Assembly (NCBI GenBank): GCA_963775425.1
Contig: CAVZJB010000004.1
Coordinates: 512,001 to 576,000 of the forward strand
Source of the DNA: an uncultured delta proteobacterium
Lineage (GTDB): Bacteria; Myxococcota; UBA727; VGSZ01
DNA length: 64,000 nucleotides
Direction of reading: 5' to 3'
Shown: positions 25,587 through 37,692 of the stretch, piece by piece
Position numbering within the stretch: the first letter of the stretch is position 1
How the letters are laid out: each line of letters starts with the position of its first letter
Translations under genes and position numbers: made by a program
Notes under the pieces: model-generated
What the model was told of the DNA's origin: nothing
The model's database searches: none
The model's input: the letters and a program-made list of their open reading frames with translations, nothing else

Positions 25587-26717
25587 ATGGCTCGCGATCT
25601 CGCCGCCGCGCGCGCTCTGCTCGAGGGGCTCCCGGCGGAATTCAAGCGAAGGGACGGCACCGTCTACAAGCCGTGGGAGGTCGACATCGACGAGCCCGGC
25701 ACCGACGCGGTCGTCGTCTCGCTCGGCACGTCGATCACCTGGGGCCAGGGCCTGTTCTACGAGGACAAGCACGTCACCCACGTCTGCCGCGCGGTGCACG
25801 CCGCCGGCTTCGTCCCCGTCCTCGCGCACTACGCGCAGAGCGGCGCCGTCCTCTGGCCCGCGCCGGCGTCCAAGGGCGGCCTCGAAAACAACGTCGTGCG
25901 CAGCTTCAGCTCGCTCGGGCAGGTCCCTCACGCGGCAGCCGCCACCCGCAGGACGCAGTGGTCCGACGGCGAATTTCCTTCGGCGTCACCGCATATCTGG
26001 GAGCAGGCGCGCGCCGCCGCCACCGATCTGACGGCCAAGAAGAGGAACGCCGACCTCGTCCTTTTGGACCTCGGCGCCAACGACATCGAGTTCATGGCGG
26101 CGGTCCTCGGCAAGGACCCGAACAACGGGGAGGCGTCCCAATACGTCTTCCACTGCTGCAACCATCTGTTTCACTCGGCCGCGCACCTCGTGCGCGCCCT
26201 CCGCGCAAACCCGCGCTTCAAGGACGCGCCCATCGTGTGGCTCGGCTACCACCGCTGCATCACCGACGCCACGCGCTACGACGCCTTCCACGCGCACCCC
26301 CTCGCGCAGCTCTTGCTGCACTTCGTGAAGATCTTCTCGCTGGTGTTCACGCCATCGGTGCTGAAGGGCTTTCAGCACAACGTGGACGCGTTCGTGAACC
26401 TCACCAACGGCCTCGCCCACGACGTGCTCGGCACGGTGAACGATCCGCTCCTCGTCTTCGCCGAGAGCGGGCTGCAGCGCGACAACGCCGTCTTCGCCGC
26501 CGAGAGCGGCTCGTGGCCGAACGCGCAGATGCCGTGGGACGACCTGTACACGCCGCGCACCGCCGCCGCCGCCGGCGACGTCGCCACCGTGGCCATGGCG
26601 CAGTTCAACGCCTTCTTTCACCCGAACCGCTTGGGCTCGCGGTTGAACGCCGCCTCCATTGTCGCGGCGCTCAAGGAGCTCAGGGCGACGCCGCAGGGCG
26701 CGCACATCCGGATCTGA
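25587..26717 (+). CDS. SGNH/GDSL-like hydrolase
   Basis: Block I SLGTSITWGQG, block II AQSGA, block III DLGAND and block V FHPN. Confidence 0.7.
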   Translation: MARDLAAARALLEGLPAEFKRRDGTVYKPWEVDIDEPGTDAVVVSLGTSITWGQGLFYEDKHVTHVCRAVHAAGFVPVLAHYAQSGAVLWPAPASKGGLENNVVRSFSSLGQVPHAAAATRRTQWSDGEFPSASPHIWEQARAAATDLTAKKRNADLVLLDLGANDIEFMAAVLGKDPNNGEASQYVFHCCNHLFHSAAHLVRALRANPRFKDAPIVWLGYHRCITDATRYDAFHAHPLAQLLLHFVKIFSLVFTPSVLKGFQHNVDAFVNLTNGLAHDVLGTVNDPLLVFAESGLQRDNAVFAAESGSWPNAQMPWDDLYTPRTAAAAGDVATVAMAQFNAFFHPNRLGSRLNAASIVAALKELRATPQGAHIRI

Positions 26718-26718
26718 G

Positions 26719-27738
26719 TCACCGCACCCAGAGCTCCATCGCGACGATCTCGAGATCCTCGTTGTTGGACGCGTCCGTGAACATCAACCTCAGCTCCACC
26801 GGCGTGGCCGCCGGGTGCGTGCCGCCGGTGTCGACCTGGAACTCCGGCGCAGACTCGGGGGCGTTCAGGCAGGACGCGTCGTCGATGTCGGCGCCGTCGA
26901 ACAGGAGATCGTCCTCGTCGAAGAAACGCACGGAGGGGTCGAGCGGGTCCACGGAGCGCCGCGGCTCCTCGCACAGGTAGTTGTCGCCGACGATGGCGGG
27001 CGCGTCCAATCCGCCGTCGCAAGGGCAGCCGGCCGGGCCGCTGACGGTGAGCGCGTCGGTCACGCCGTGCGCGAAGCTGAACACGTGCTCGCGCGGCTCG
27101 CCCACGAGGATGGCCATGCCGTCCACGAACGAGGAGCTGATGTTGGGGATGCTGTCGCGGAAGCCGTCGGAGCCGCCGAGACCGAAGCCGCGCACGAAGC
27201 CGCGCATCTCGCGCCACGCGTACGGCGGAGGGACGAACGCCGACGCCTGCGACGCCCCCGGCGCGGCCGGCCGCTTGCAACCGATCGACGACGCCACCCA
27301 ACCGGCGGGGCACGGCTCTGCGGCGTCGAAGCGCGTCAGCAGCGCCCAGCCACCGCCGGCGGTGACCATGTCGCACTCGACGTCCACGACGCTGCCGTCG
27401 ACGTCGAGCGCGTAGATCCCGCTTTGCGCCGCAGGATTTCGCGCGAGGGCGTCGACGCAGGTGGTGGGCGGCGCGCCGTCGCCCTCTCCTTCCCCTTCGC
27501 CCTCGCCCTCGCCCTCTCCCTCTCCCTCTCCCTCTCCCTCGCCCTCGCCCTCACCCTCACCCTCGCCTTCACCTTCACCTTCACCTTCGCCCTCGCCCTC
27601 GCCGGCGTCGGGGGAGCAAAGGCCGTTGACGCACTGCTCGAACGTCAGGCAGTCGGCGACGGTGTTGCAGAAGTGGCTCTCGGGCGCCGGGCAGGACGCC
27701 ACGAAAGAGATGAGGCCGGCGACGCACAGCGTTCGCAC
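26719..27738 (-). CDS. Lipoprotein with a (GE)n linker and a fibrinogen-like C-terminal domain
   Basis: Lipobox-like VASC, about 20 GE dipeptides, then C......P...SGIY.......V.CDM...GGGW. Confidence 0.78.
   Translation of the reverse strand: MRTLCVAGLISFVASCPAPESHFCNTVADCLTFEQCVNGLCSPDAGEGEGEGEGEGEGEGEGEGEGEGEGEGEGEGEGEGEGEGEGDGAPPTTCVDALARNPAAQSGIYALDVDGSVVDVECDMVTAGGGWALLTRFDAAEPCPAGWVASSIGCKRPAAPGASQASAFVPPPYAWREMRGFVRGFGLGGSDGFRDSIPNISSSFVDGMAILVGEPREHVFSFAHGVTDALTVSGPAGCPCDGGLDAPAIVGDNYLCEEPRRSVDPLDPSVRFFDEDDLLFDGADIDDASCLNAPESAPEFQVDTGGTHPAATPVELRLMFTDASNNEDLEIVAMELWVR
27482..27604 (-). repeat. Hexanucleotide coding repeat for (Gly-Glu)n
   Basis: Runs of CCCTCG/CCCTCT/CCTTCA on the + strand with synonymous variation. 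Confidence 0.9.
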
Positions 27739-27765
27739 GGCCTCAGGATACCCGGTTGCGCGGGC

Positions 27766-29049
27766 TCAGTAGTTCTCGTGCTTCAATGACTCTTCGAGAC
27801 GAGGGTCGTTGATGCAGATGACCTTGTGGCGGTTCAGGAAGAAGCCGAACGCAGCGAGGAAGACGCCGGCGACGCCGAGGAAAGCGAAGAAGTCGACGAA
27901 GTGCGGCGCGAACTGCGACACCACCTCGCTGGCGGCGCCGTTGGCGGCGTGCTCGGCCTCGCCCTTGGCCATGTTGGCGACGTGCGCAGCGCCCGTGAAG
28001 TTGGGCAGGATGATCCAGTAGTGGTCGATGGCGTGCACCACGAGGAACCACACGGCGCAGATCTGGATGCCGATGCGGCTCCGCTTCACGTGGCGCGAGA
28101 GAATCATCAGGAACGGGATGCCGAAGTGCACGATGGGCAGCGCGTAGCTGATGGGCGCCCAGCCGCCGTGGATGCGATGGATCCACCACTCGGTCTCGTC
28201 CGGCATGTTGCCGTACCAGTGCAGCATGAACTGGGAGAACGCGATGTACGCCCAAAAGATGCAGTGGCCGAACATGAACTTGCCGAGGTCGTGGTAGTGC
28301 TCCTTGTTGATCGCCTTCTTCAGGACCCCCGCGCGCTGCAGCGCGGCCGCCACCAACGTGATGAAGGCGTAGAAGGCAAGGATGGAGCCGGCGAAGTAGT
28401 AGACGCCCCACATGGTCGAGTACCAGTGCGGGCTCAGCGACTTCATCCAGTCCACGGCCTGGAACGTCTGGGTCAGGGCGTAAAGCGCGATGCCCGGCGC
28501 CGACAGCGTCCACATCTTCTTGGAGAAGGAGTCGCGCTCGTCCTCCGTCTTCGCCGCGTCCTGCTTGGTGGACCAGGAGTAGAGCAGCCACGACATCACG
28601 GACCAGATGGCGAAGTAGATGGCGGCGCGGATGATCCACGGGCCTTCGGACAGGAACCAGCGCTTGCGAGCGAGGTTCTCGTCATGCATCCAGGTCCAGG
28701 GGAAGAGCTCCTTCAACCCGATGAGCCAGACCACGAGGAACAACGGGATGAAGACCGGCAGGGTCATCATCACGTTCTCCGCCAGGCGGCGCACCACGGT
28801 GGACCAGCCCGCGCGCACCGCGTGCTGGATGCACACGAAGCCGAGGCCGCCCAACGCGATGGAGAGCCAGAACTCGAAGCTCCACAGGTACGCGAAGAGC
28901 GCGCGGACCTTGCCGTCGGTGGCAAACATGCCGAAGGTGACGCCCAGACCGACGACGGCCATGGCGCCACCGATCATCGGCAGCTTTGCCCACATGGACG
29001 TGGGGGGGACGGTGATGTCGGTCGGCTTTTCGATGTGATCGTGGCTCAC
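27766..29049 (-). CDS. actF: Alternative complex III membrane subunit ActF
   Basis: Multi-TM. AGWS.V.RR..E, DW.KSL.PHWYST.WG, HYHDLGK.MF, FSQ.ML.WY.N.P.ET. Last gene of the act operon. Confidence 0.92.
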   Translation of the reverse strand: MSHDHIEKPTDITVPPTSMWAKLPMIGGAMAVVGLGVTFGMFATDGKVRALFAYLWSFEFWLSIALGGLGFVCIQHAVRAGWSTVVRRLAENVMMTLPVFIPLFLVVWLIGLKELFPWTWMHDENLARKRWFLSEGPWIIRAAIYFAIWSVMSWLLYSWSTKQDAAKTEDERDSFSKKMWTLSAPGIALYALTQTFQAVDWMKSLSPHWYSTMWGVYYFAGSILAFYAFITLVAAALQRAGVLKKAINKEHYHDLGKFMFGHCIFWAYIAFSQFMLHWYGNMPDETEWWIHRIHGGWAPISYALPIVHFGIPFLMILSRHVKRSRIGIQICAVWFLVVHAIDHYWIILPNFTGAAHVANMAKGEAEHAANGAASEVVSQFAPHFVDFFAFLGVAGVFLAAFGFFLNRHKVICINDPRLEESLKHENY

Positions 29050-29056
29050 GACGTCC

Positions 29057-29971
29057 TCACTTCAGGCGCGGGTCGGTCAAGATGAAGTCGACGATGGTCT
29101 TCACTTCGGCGTCGGTGAGCGGAAGCTGCGGCATGGCCGGCGGGAACCCGTTCACGATCTTGGCGGCAGGGGTCTTGATGGACTCGGTCAGGTACGCCGC
29201 GTCCACGGTGACGGGCCCCTTGTCGGTCTGCTCGGTCTTGCCGGCGAGCCCCTTCCACGTCGGGCCCACCTTGGGCGTGCCGTCGAGCGTGTGGCAGGCG
29301 TTGCAGCCCTTGGACACGTAGAGCTTCTCTCCCGGCGCCATCTTGCTGAGGTCGACGGGCTTCTTGTACTCGGCGCTGCACGCCTTCATCGGGTCGTCCT
29401 GGCCGGTCTGCAACGTGCACAGGAAGGCGATGATGGCCCAGCGGTCCTTCTCGGGGATCTGCACGGCGTAGGACGGCATGTTCCCGCCGTTCACGCCCTC
29501 GCGAATGGCCCGGTACATCATGCCCACCGGCATGGAGACGAGGCGCGGGTCGAGGAAGCTCGGCGGCGCCACCGCGAGCGCGCTCGGGCGGGCGGCGACG
29601 AGGCCCTTGCCGTCCGCGTTCTTCCCGTGGCAGGGCGCGCAGTAGATGGCGAAGCGGTTCTTGCCGCGCGCGACGGTGGTGGCGTCGGCCGTGAACGAGT
29701 CGGGCAGGTGCGCGATGAGGTTGCCGTCCGCGTCCTTGCCGTACGAGAGCTGATCGTCGGCGTGCAGGTAGCCGCGGGCGACGGTGCCCGGCGGCGGCGC
29801 CTGCATGTAGTTGCCGTTCTTGAACACGCCGGACTGGTCGTGGCGGAAGGGCTTGCCCTTCTCCTGCGTGTCCATGTTCGGGTTCCAGTGAACCGGCGGC
29901 TTGTCGGTGGTCCAGCCGCGGCAGGCGGTGAGGCCACCGAGCGCGACGAGGGTGATGAGCAGGGTGCGCAT
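29057..29971 (-). CDS. actE: ACIII cytochrome c lipoprotein ActE with an extra C-terminal cytochrome c domain
   Basis: Lipobox LTAC, PNMDTQ, PGTVARG, CAPCH, MPSY and DRWAI, then a second heme motif CNACH. Confidence 0.88.
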   Translation of the reverse strand: MRTLLITLVALGGLTACRGWTTDKPPVHWNPNMDTQEKGKPFRHDQSGVFKNGNYMQAPPPGTVARGYLHADDQLSYGKDADGNLIAHLPDSFTADATTVARGKNRFAIYCAPCHGKNADGKGLVAARPSALAVAPPSFLDPRLVSMPVGMMYRAIREGVNGGNMPSYAVQIPEKDRWAIIAFLCTLQTGQDDPMKACSAEYKKPVDLSKMAPGEKLYVSKGCNACHTLDGTPKVGPTWKGLAGKTEQTDKGPVTVDAAYLTESIKTPAAKIVNGFPPAMPQLPLTDAEVKTIVDFILTDPRLK

Positions 29972-29972
29972 G

Positions 29973-30509
29973 TCAGTCCTCGAGCTCCTCGACCAGCGAT
30001 GCGCCGGCGTCCTTCAGGAGCGCCTGCGTCTTCGCGAGATCGAAGTTCGGATCCTTCGCCTCGATGATGATGAAGAACTTGTCGTCGGTGACGCGCTCGA
30101 ACGCCCGGGACTTGAACGCCGGGTGGTGAAGCCGCGGCAGCCCGTTCAAGATCCAGTTGAAGAAGAACGCCGTCAGGCAGCTCGTGAGAACCGTGAACTC
30201 GTACCAGACCGGCACGAAGGCCGGGATGGAGAACAGCGGCTTGCCACCGACGATGAACGGGTACGCCGAAGCCATGGTCCAGCACTCGAAGCCGATGCCG
30301 AAGGCGGAGCCGGACAGGCCGATGCAGAGCACGATCCACGGCAGCGACGTGGCCTTCAGGCCCATCGCCCTGTCGAGGCCGTGCACGGCCCACGGCACGC
30401 ACGCGTCCCACTTGCTGTAGCCGGCGTCGCGCACGCGCTCGCAGGCCTTGTAGATGATCTGCGGAGACTCGTACTGCGCGAGGAGTCCCCAGAGTCGCGG
30501 GCCACTCAT
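29973..30509 (-). CDS. actD: ACIII subunit ActD (DUF3341)
   Basis: ATG at 30509. GY..WD...P..VHGLD.AMG, GGKP.FS.PAF.PV.YE.TVL and LPR.HHP motifs. Confidence 0.9.
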   Translation of the reverse strand: MSGPRLWGLLAQYESPQIIYKACERVRDAGYSKWDACVPWAVHGLDRAMGLKATSLPWIVLCIGLSGSAFGIGFECWTMASAYPFIVGGKPLFSIPAFVPVWYEFTVLTSCLTAFFFNWILNGLPRLHHPAFKSRAFERVTDDKFFIIIEAKDPNFDLAKTQALLKDAGASLVEELED

Positions 30510-30550
30510 GTCAGTGCCCCCCTTCTTGGTGGATGCTGGCGGTGGCTTCT

Positions 30551-31990
<1,440 letters not shown>

Positions 31991-31991
31991 G

Positions 31992-34900
31992 TCAGCCGAG
32001 CTCCTCGTTCGTGTTCTTGAGGCGTGCAAGGTACGTGGTGCGTGGGCGCACGTTCAGCTCCTGAAGCATCTCGTAGTTGCGGTCCGACAGCTTGAGCTGC
32101 GCGACCTTGGAGTCCTTCAGGTTGATGTTGCCGAAGGTGATGGCCTCGGTCGGGCAGGTCTGCGCGCACGCCGGCGTGACGGCGCCGTCGGGGAGCGCCT
32201 TGCGATCCTCGCCGCGGCGCTTGGCGGCGATCTTGGCCTCTTCGATGCGCTGCGTGCAGTACGTGCACTTCTCCATGACGCCGCGGTACCGCACCGTGAC
32301 GTCGGGGTTGCGCTGGAGCTTCTGCGTCATCATCCGCTCGTTGCGGTGCGGGTTCCGGTACGTGTTCCCGGTGACGGTGAAGTCGAGGTAGTTGAAGCGC
32401 CGCACCTTGTAGGGGCAGTTGTTGTTGCAGTACCGCGTGCCGATGCAGCGGTTGTACGCCATGGAGTTCAACCCCTCCTCGTCATGCGTGGTGGCGCCCA
32501 CCGGGCACACGGGCTCGCAGGGGGCCTCTTCACACTGCATGCAAGGCACCGGCTGGTGGCCGGATTCGGGGTTGTCGACGTCGCCGCTGAAGTAGCGATC
32601 GAGCCGAATCCAGTGCATCTCGCGACCGATCATCACCTGATGCCGGCCCACGATGGCGATGTTGTTCTCCGAATGGCACGCCACGGTGCACGCGTTGCAC
32701 CCGATGCAAGCCGTGAGGTCGATGACCATGCCCCACTGCTGCCCCTCGAAGATGATCTCGTTCACCGGCTGGATGGGCTTGCGCGGGTTGGTGGGGTTGG
32801 TGTTCTGCGCGACCAATTCCTCGGGGATGTCGCCGTCGTGTGCGAACGCCGGGTTCTCCTGGTAGATCTTGAGCGAGGCCTTCTTGTAGTCCGGCCGGTG
32901 GCGATGGGTCTTGTTGAAGGGGTCCATCTTGCCGTCGACGGCCTGGAGGACGCGCCCGGCGCCCGTGGCCGCCGACATCTCCGCGAAGGAGATCTCCCGG
33001 AAGGGGTTGGACGGCATGGCGAAGTGATCCTGCGTGGAGCAGAGATCACGCGTGCCGCCCGGGATGCTGAGCTTCACGCCCTCGATGACGGTGCTCGCGT
33101 CCTGCATCAACACGTGCGCGTCGATGCCGCTCTTCCAGTCGACGTCGGCGCCGCCCTCGTCGAGCACCGACACCGGGCCGCGCATGCCGCCCATGGCCGT
33201 CTCGCCGAAGGTCTTTCCGTAGCCGCGGTGGATGGCGATGGTGTACGGCGCGTAGCCGGGGAGCACGAAGACGGGGCCGCGCAGCGTGGCGCCGCCGACG
33301 CTGAGGTCGACGAGGTCGGCGCGGTATGCGTTCTTGTGCACCTTGCTCTTGATGCCGAGGTCCTTCGCCAGGCCCGGCCCCATGATGACGGCGTTGTCCC
33401 AGCACAGCTTGGTCATCGAGTCGGGCAGCTCTTGCGTCCAGGTGACATCGGCGAGCCGTCCGTCGAGCAGGCAGCCGTGGAGCACCACGAGCTCGAGCGC
33501 GTCCTTGGACGGCGCGGCGCCCTTGAGCGCTGCCACCGCCGCCTGGATGTCCGCGGTCTTGGGCGCAGCGGCGCCGACGGGGTACGCGGTGGCGGGGATG
33601 ATCCCGTCGACGAGCGAGCGGCGCCAGGCCTTCTCGTTTGCGAGCGAGCCGCCGGCGCCGCGCCAGGTGGCCTGCACCAGCTTGCGGTCGTTCGCGGCGT
33701 CGGAGGCCGGGTCAGCGCCGAAGACCTGCGCGAGGATCTGCGCGTGGGTGCGCGCGCCGAAGAGCGGGACCACCAGCGGCTGCACGATGGCCGCCGTGCC
33801 GTCCCAGGCGCGCGCGTCGGCCCAGGCCTCGAGGAAGTGCGCGAGCGGCACGTGCCACTGCGCATGCTTGTCGCCGGTCTCCTCGGGGAGGACGCCGGCG
33901 TGGATGACGGTCTTGGCCTTGCCGAGCGCGTCGTTGATCTTGAGCGCGCCGGGCGCGGTGTAGGACGGGTTGGCCTCGAGGACGACGAGGGTGTCGACCT
34001 GCCCGGCGTTGAGCGCGTCCGCGAGCGCCTTGAGCGACTCGCCCGTGGTCACCATGGGCTTGGCGTCCGGGATGGTGCTCACGAGCATCGACCCGGCGTC
34101 GACGGCGCCGACGGCGACGTTCACGGCGTGCGCGAGCGCGTGGGCCGCCGGCGGCTGCCGCTCACCCACGAGGACGAGGCCCTTGTTCTTGGCGAGGTCG
34201 GCGGCGACCGCGACCACGAACTTCTCCGCGCCCTCGGGCGCCTTCTGCGACGCGTCGCCCAGCGCACCGAGCGCGACGCCGTGCTTGCTCGCCAGCTCGG
34301 CGGCGATGGCGCGCAGGAACGCCGGCCCGTGGGCCGAGGCGAGGCGGAGGCGGTTGTCGGCGGAGGCACCCGTCGGCGTGAACACGCCCTCCACGGCGTA
34401 CAGCCGCGACATCTTGGCGGCCTCGGAGCCGTTCAGGATCTTTCTGCCCTTGGACCACTTGCGCGCGTTCTTCAGGTGGTCGGGACCCTCGTTCAGGAAG
34501 TCCGCGTCGAGCGCGAGCACGACCTTGGCCTTCTCGAGGTCGTAGTGGACGCGCGCGCCGGGACCGAACGCGATCTCGGCGCCCTTCTTGGTGTTGTCGG
34601 GCGACAGCGGGTCCCAGCGATAGACCTTGGCGTTGGGGAGCTTGGCGAGCCCGGCGTCGAGCACGCGCTGGGTGGTGGGGGCCTCTTCGTCCTCGAGCAG
34701 GATGGCGAGGCCCTGCCCGCCGTTCCCGGCGAGCTTCGCGAACTGGGTCTTGGCGAACGCGTCCCAGTCCGCCCAGGCCACTTCCTTGCCCGCGTTCTTG
34801 GGGCTGCGCGCGCGATCGGGGTTGTAGAGCTTGAGCACCTCGGTCTGCGCCCAGACGTCGGCGGCGCCGAGGGACCCCGGGTGCGCCGGGTTGCCCTCGA

Positions 34901-35258
34901 TCTTGGTGGGCCGCCCCTCGTGCGCCTCGACGACGAGGCCGACGCCGCCCTCGGAGCGCGGCTGCACGGTGGCGTAGTAGTTGGGGATGCCCGGGATGAT
35001 CTCCTCGGGCTGGTGCGCGTACGGCAGGATCTCTTCTTCGGGCCTGCGGAAGCACGCGGTGAGCCCGCTCATCGCGAGGGACGCGCCGGCGAGCTTCAGC
35101 ATCGTGCGCCGCTGCATGGCGGTGAGCGGCGCGGTACCGGAGGGGAGCTCCACGTCGTACTTGTCGACGACGGAGGCGTCGTGCGCCTTGTCCTCGAGCG
35201 AACGCCAGTGGGTCGCTTCGGTAGCGCGGAGAACGGGTCCGTAGGGATCGCGCTTCAT
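31992..35258 (-). CDS. actB: ACIII subunit ActB (molybdopterin-oxidoreductase-like domain + Fe-S domain)
   Basis: HWRSLE, Tat RR signal with lipobox [16 protein letters not shown]; C-terminal [30 protein letters not shown] and EKCTYC. Confidence 0.95.
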   Translation of the reverse strand: MKRDPYGPVLRATEATHWRSLEDKAHDASVVDKYDVELPSGTAPLTAMQRRTMLKLAGASLAMSGLTACFRRPEEEILPYAHQPEEIIPGIPNYYATVQPRSEGGVGLVVEAHEGRPTKIEGNPAHPGSLGAADVWAQTEVLKLYNPDRARSPKNAGKEVAWADWDAFAKTQFAKLAGNGGQGLAILLEDEEAPTTQRVLDAGLAKLPNAKVYRWDPLSPDNTKKGAEIAFGPGARVHYDLEKAKVVLALDADFLNEGPDHLKNARKWSKGRKILNGSEAAKMSRLYAVEGVFTPTGASADNRLRLASAHGPAFLRAIAAELASKHGVALGALGDASQKAPEGAEKFVVAVAADLAKNKGLVLVGERQPPAAHALAHAVNVAVGAVDAGSMLVSTIPDAKPMVTTGESLKALADALNAGQVDTLVVLEANPSYTAPGALKINDALGKAKTVIHAGVLPEETGDKHAQWHVPLAHFLEAWADARAWDGTAAIVQPLVVPLFGARTHAQILAQVFGADPASDAANDRKLVQATWRGAGGSLANEKAWRRSLVDGIIPATAYPVGAAAPKTADIQAAVAALKGAAPSKDALELVVLHGCLLDGRLADVTWTQELPDSMTKLCWDNAVIMGPGLAKDLGIKSKVHKNAYRADLVDLSVGGATLRGPVFVLPGYAPYTIAIHRGYGKTFGETAMGGMRGPVSVLDEGGADVDWKSGIDAHVLMQDASTVIEGVKLSIPGGTRDLCSTQDHFAMPSNPFREISFAEMSAATGAGRVLQAVDGKMDPFNKTHRHRPDYKKASLKIYQENPAFAHDGDIPEELVAQNTNPTNPRKPIQPVNEIIFEGQQWGMVIDLTACIGCNACTVACHSENNIAIVGRHQVMIGREMHWIRLDRYFSGDVDNPESGHQPVPCMQCEEAPCEPVCPVGATTHDEEGLNSMAYNRCIGTRYCNNNCPYKVRRFNYLDFTVTGNTYRNPHRNERMMTQKLQRNPDVTVRYRGVMEKCTYCTQRIEEAKIAAKRRGEDRKALPDGAVTPACAQTCPTEAITFGNINLKDSKVAQLKLSDRNYEMLQELNVRPRTTYLARLKNTNEELG

Positions 35259-35271
35259 GAGATTTCCTCGC

Positions 35272-35994
35272 TCAGCGGTGGCAGCCGTTGCAGCCGGCGT
35301 AGGCGTGGGTGGTGAAGGAGCCGTCGGGGTTCTGCACGAACACGCCGGTCTGGCGTCCCGGGGGGGCGAGGGTGGCGGCGATGGCGCGCTGGCGATCGGG
35401 CCAGCCGAGCGGCGGCTCCCAGCCCATCTTGGTCATGTCCTCGACGGGGCGGAGGTTGGGCGCGGGGTCGTTGTGGCAGGCGAGGCACCACGACATCGAC
35501 AGCGGCTGCTGCTGCGCCACGCGGTCCATGGTGTCGATGCGGCCGTGGCAGGTCTCGCAGCCGATGGCCGCGCGATTGTCACCGACGCCGACGCCCACGT
35601 GCGCGCTGTGGTTGAAGTACACGTAGTCCGGCACCTTGTGGATGCGCAGCCACGGGATGGAGGTGTTGTTCTTCCAGCTCTCGCGCACGGGCTCGAGCAG
35701 CGGCGAGTCCTTCCGCGCCGTGCGGTGGCAGTTCATGCACACCTGCGTGGGCGGGACGCCGGCGGCCGGGCTGCGCTCCACGTTGTAGTGGCAGTAGCGG
35801 CAGTCCATCTCCAGGTCACCCGCGTGCAGCCGATGGCTGTACGGGACCGGCTGCACCGGCTGGTAGCCGACGTCGGTGTGTTTCGGCGACGCCCAGTACC
35901 AGACGGCAAAGACGACGAAACACACGCCGACAGTGCCGAACACGGTGCCGTAGAGGGGGATGGCGTTCGTCCAGCGGGGAAATATCTGGGCCAT
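35272..35994 (-). CDS. actA: ACIII pentaheme cytochrome c ActA
   Basis: MAQIFP start, one TM segment and five CxxCH motifs (CRYCH, CMNCH, CETCH, CLACH, CNGCH). Confidence 0.95.
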   Translation of the reverse strand: MAQIFPRWTNAIPLYGTVFGTVGVCFVVFAVWYWASPKHTDVGYQPVQPVPYSHRLHAGDLEMDCRYCHYNVERSPAAGVPPTQVCMNCHRTARKDSPLLEPVRESWKNNTSIPWLRIHKVPDYVYFNHSAHVGVGVGDNRAAIGCETCHGRIDTMDRVAQQQPLSMSWCLACHNDPAPNLRPVEDMTKMGWEPPLGWPDRQRAIAATLAPPGRQTGVFVQNPDGSFTTHAYAGCNGCHR

Positions 35995-36098
35995 GCTGTG
36001 CGTCCTCTGCTGCGGCGCGCGGTAGCACACGGATGCGCAGCGTCACAAGGACGAAACTGTGCGCGCGTGCCCTGACGCCATCGTCGACGATGTGCGCC

Positions 36099-36115
36099 CG
36101 CGGCAAACTGCCGCA
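36099..36115. promoter_or_regulatory. Candidate RegA/PrrA/RegR box upstream of actA
   Basis: GCGGC-AAACT-GCCGCA, close to the GCGGC-N5-GTCGC consensus, about 105 bp upstream of actA. Confidence 0.45.
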
Positions 36116-36124
36116 ACTGCGGCG

Positions 36125-36760
36125 TTATGGGCGTGGACCGGACTTCGCGAGGAGGCGCGCGGCGTTGATCAGGTTTCCGCGCGCGAGCTCGTCGGCGTCC
36201 CAGAAGCCGCGCACGTCGCCGTTTTGATCGACGAGCGCGAGCTTGCGTGAGTGACGGATCTTTCCCTTGTCGTCGGGGGCGTCGCCCATCTCGACCTTGA
36301 AGCGGTTCACGAGCAGATCGCGCACGCGCACGGGATCACCGGTGAGGAGCTTCCACCGCCCGCGCGGCACGGCGCGCCTGGTGGCTTCGGCGGCGAGCAC
36401 TTCCGGCGTGTCGCGCGTGGGATCCACCGTGAACGACACGAGCGCGATGGGCGCGACGCCGGCCTTGCCCGCGAGGTCCTCGACGTGGCGCAGGATCTTT
36501 CCCGCCGTGGCGTCCTCGTCGGCGCACGCGCCGGGGCATCGCGTGAAGAAGAAGCTCGCCACCCACACCTTGCCCTTGAGGTCGACGCTGCCGAACGGCT
36601 TGCCGCTCTCGTCGACGAGCTCCCAGTTGCCGAGGCTGCCGATGGGCGGCGGCGCGCGCAGGAACTGCTTCTGGCAGAAGGGGAGGACGGTGAGGCACAC
36701 CGCGCCGGCGACGAACGCCGCGGCGAACGGATAGCGAAAGACGACTTCCTTGAGCGTCAC
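36125..36760 (-). CDS. SCO1/SenC copper chaperone
   Basis: FFFTRCPGAC (CxxxC), TVDP.RDTP and conserved His in HSRKLALVD. GTGA overlap with ctaB. Confidence 0.9.
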   Translation of the reverse strand: MTLKEVVFRYPFAAAFVAGAVCLTVLPFCQKQFLRAPPPIGSLGNWELVDESGKPFGSVDLKGKVWVASFFFTRCPGACADEDATAGKILRHVEDLAGKAGVAPIALVSFTVDPTRDTPEVLAAEATRRAVPRGRWKLLTGDPVRVRDLLVNRFKVEMGDAPDDKGKIRHSRKLALVDQNGDVRGFWDADELARGNLINAARLLAKSGPRP

Positions 36761-37692
36761 CACACCCGCCGCAGGACGGCGTCCACCGCGAGCGCGCCGA
36801 ACAAGGCCGTCTGGTACACGAGCGACGCGAAGAACACCCGCCGCGCCCCCGCCGACGCCGGCGTGCCGCGCGCGAACGCGGGGAGCGCGCGCGCCGACAG
36901 GAGCACGAACCACGCGCCGGCCACGGTGGCGACGACGGCGGTGACCGGGCCGCCGACGTGAAGCGGCACGAGCAGGACGCCGCACACCGCGAGGAGGAGC
37001 GCGCTGCCCGCGAGGAGCACCTGCGACGCCGACAGCCCCCACACCGACGGCGCCACCTTGTGGCCCGCCGACGCGTACTCGCGCTCGCGATAGATGGCGA
37101 TGGCGAGGAAGTGTGGCACCTGCCAGAGAAAGACCCAGAAGAACAGCGCCGTGCCGACGACGTCGAAGCGGCCGGTGACGGCGGTGCTGCCCATGAGCGC
37201 GGGCATGGCGCCGGGCACCGCGCCCACGATGAGCGCCCACGGGCTCGTGCGCTTCATCGGCGTGTAGACGAGGACGTAGATGAACAGCGAAAAGAGGGTG
37301 AGCGCGGTGCTCAAGGGGCCGGCGTGGACGGCGAGCAGCGGCAGCGCGCCGAAGGAGAGGCCGCCGCCCACCACGAGCGCCCACGCGCCCGACAGCCGGC
37401 CCGCGGGCAACGGCCGCGCGGCGGTGCGCTTCATGAGGGCGTCCACGTCGCGCTCGACCCACATGTTGAGCGCGCCGGCGCCGGCGACCGCCATGGCGAT
37501 GCCGAGCAACGACAACAGCGCGTCGACCACGCCGATGGAGCCCGGCGCGAGCAGCATCGCGCCGGCGCCGACGATGAGCGCCATGGTGGTGATGCCCGGC
37601 TTGGTGAGCGCGACGACGTCACGGCCCGTGGCAAGGAGGGATCGCGGGAGCGCGGCGAGGGTGGGGAGAGGCGCGTCGACCGTGTCGGCCAT
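36757..37692 (-). CDS. ctaB: Protoheme IX farnesyltransferase (heme o synthase)
   Basis: LTKPGI, N..VERDVDALMKRT..RPLP.G, YTPMKR and WQVPHF.AI motifs. Confidence 0.95.
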   Translation of the reverse strand: MADTVDAPLPTLAALPRSLLATGRDVVALTKPGITTMALIVGAGAMLLAPGSIGVVDALLSLLGIAMAVAGAGALNMWVERDVDALMKRTAARPLPAGRLSGAWALVVGGGLSFGALPLLAVHAGPLSTALTLFSLFIYVLVYTPMKRTSPWALIVGAVPGAMPALMGSTAVTGRFDVVGTALFFWVFLWQVPHFLAIAIYREREYASAGHKVAPSVWGLSASQVLLAGSALLLAVCGVLLVPLHVGGPVTAVVATVAGAWFVLLSARALPAFARGTPASAGARRVFFASLVYQTALFGALAVDAVLRRVW

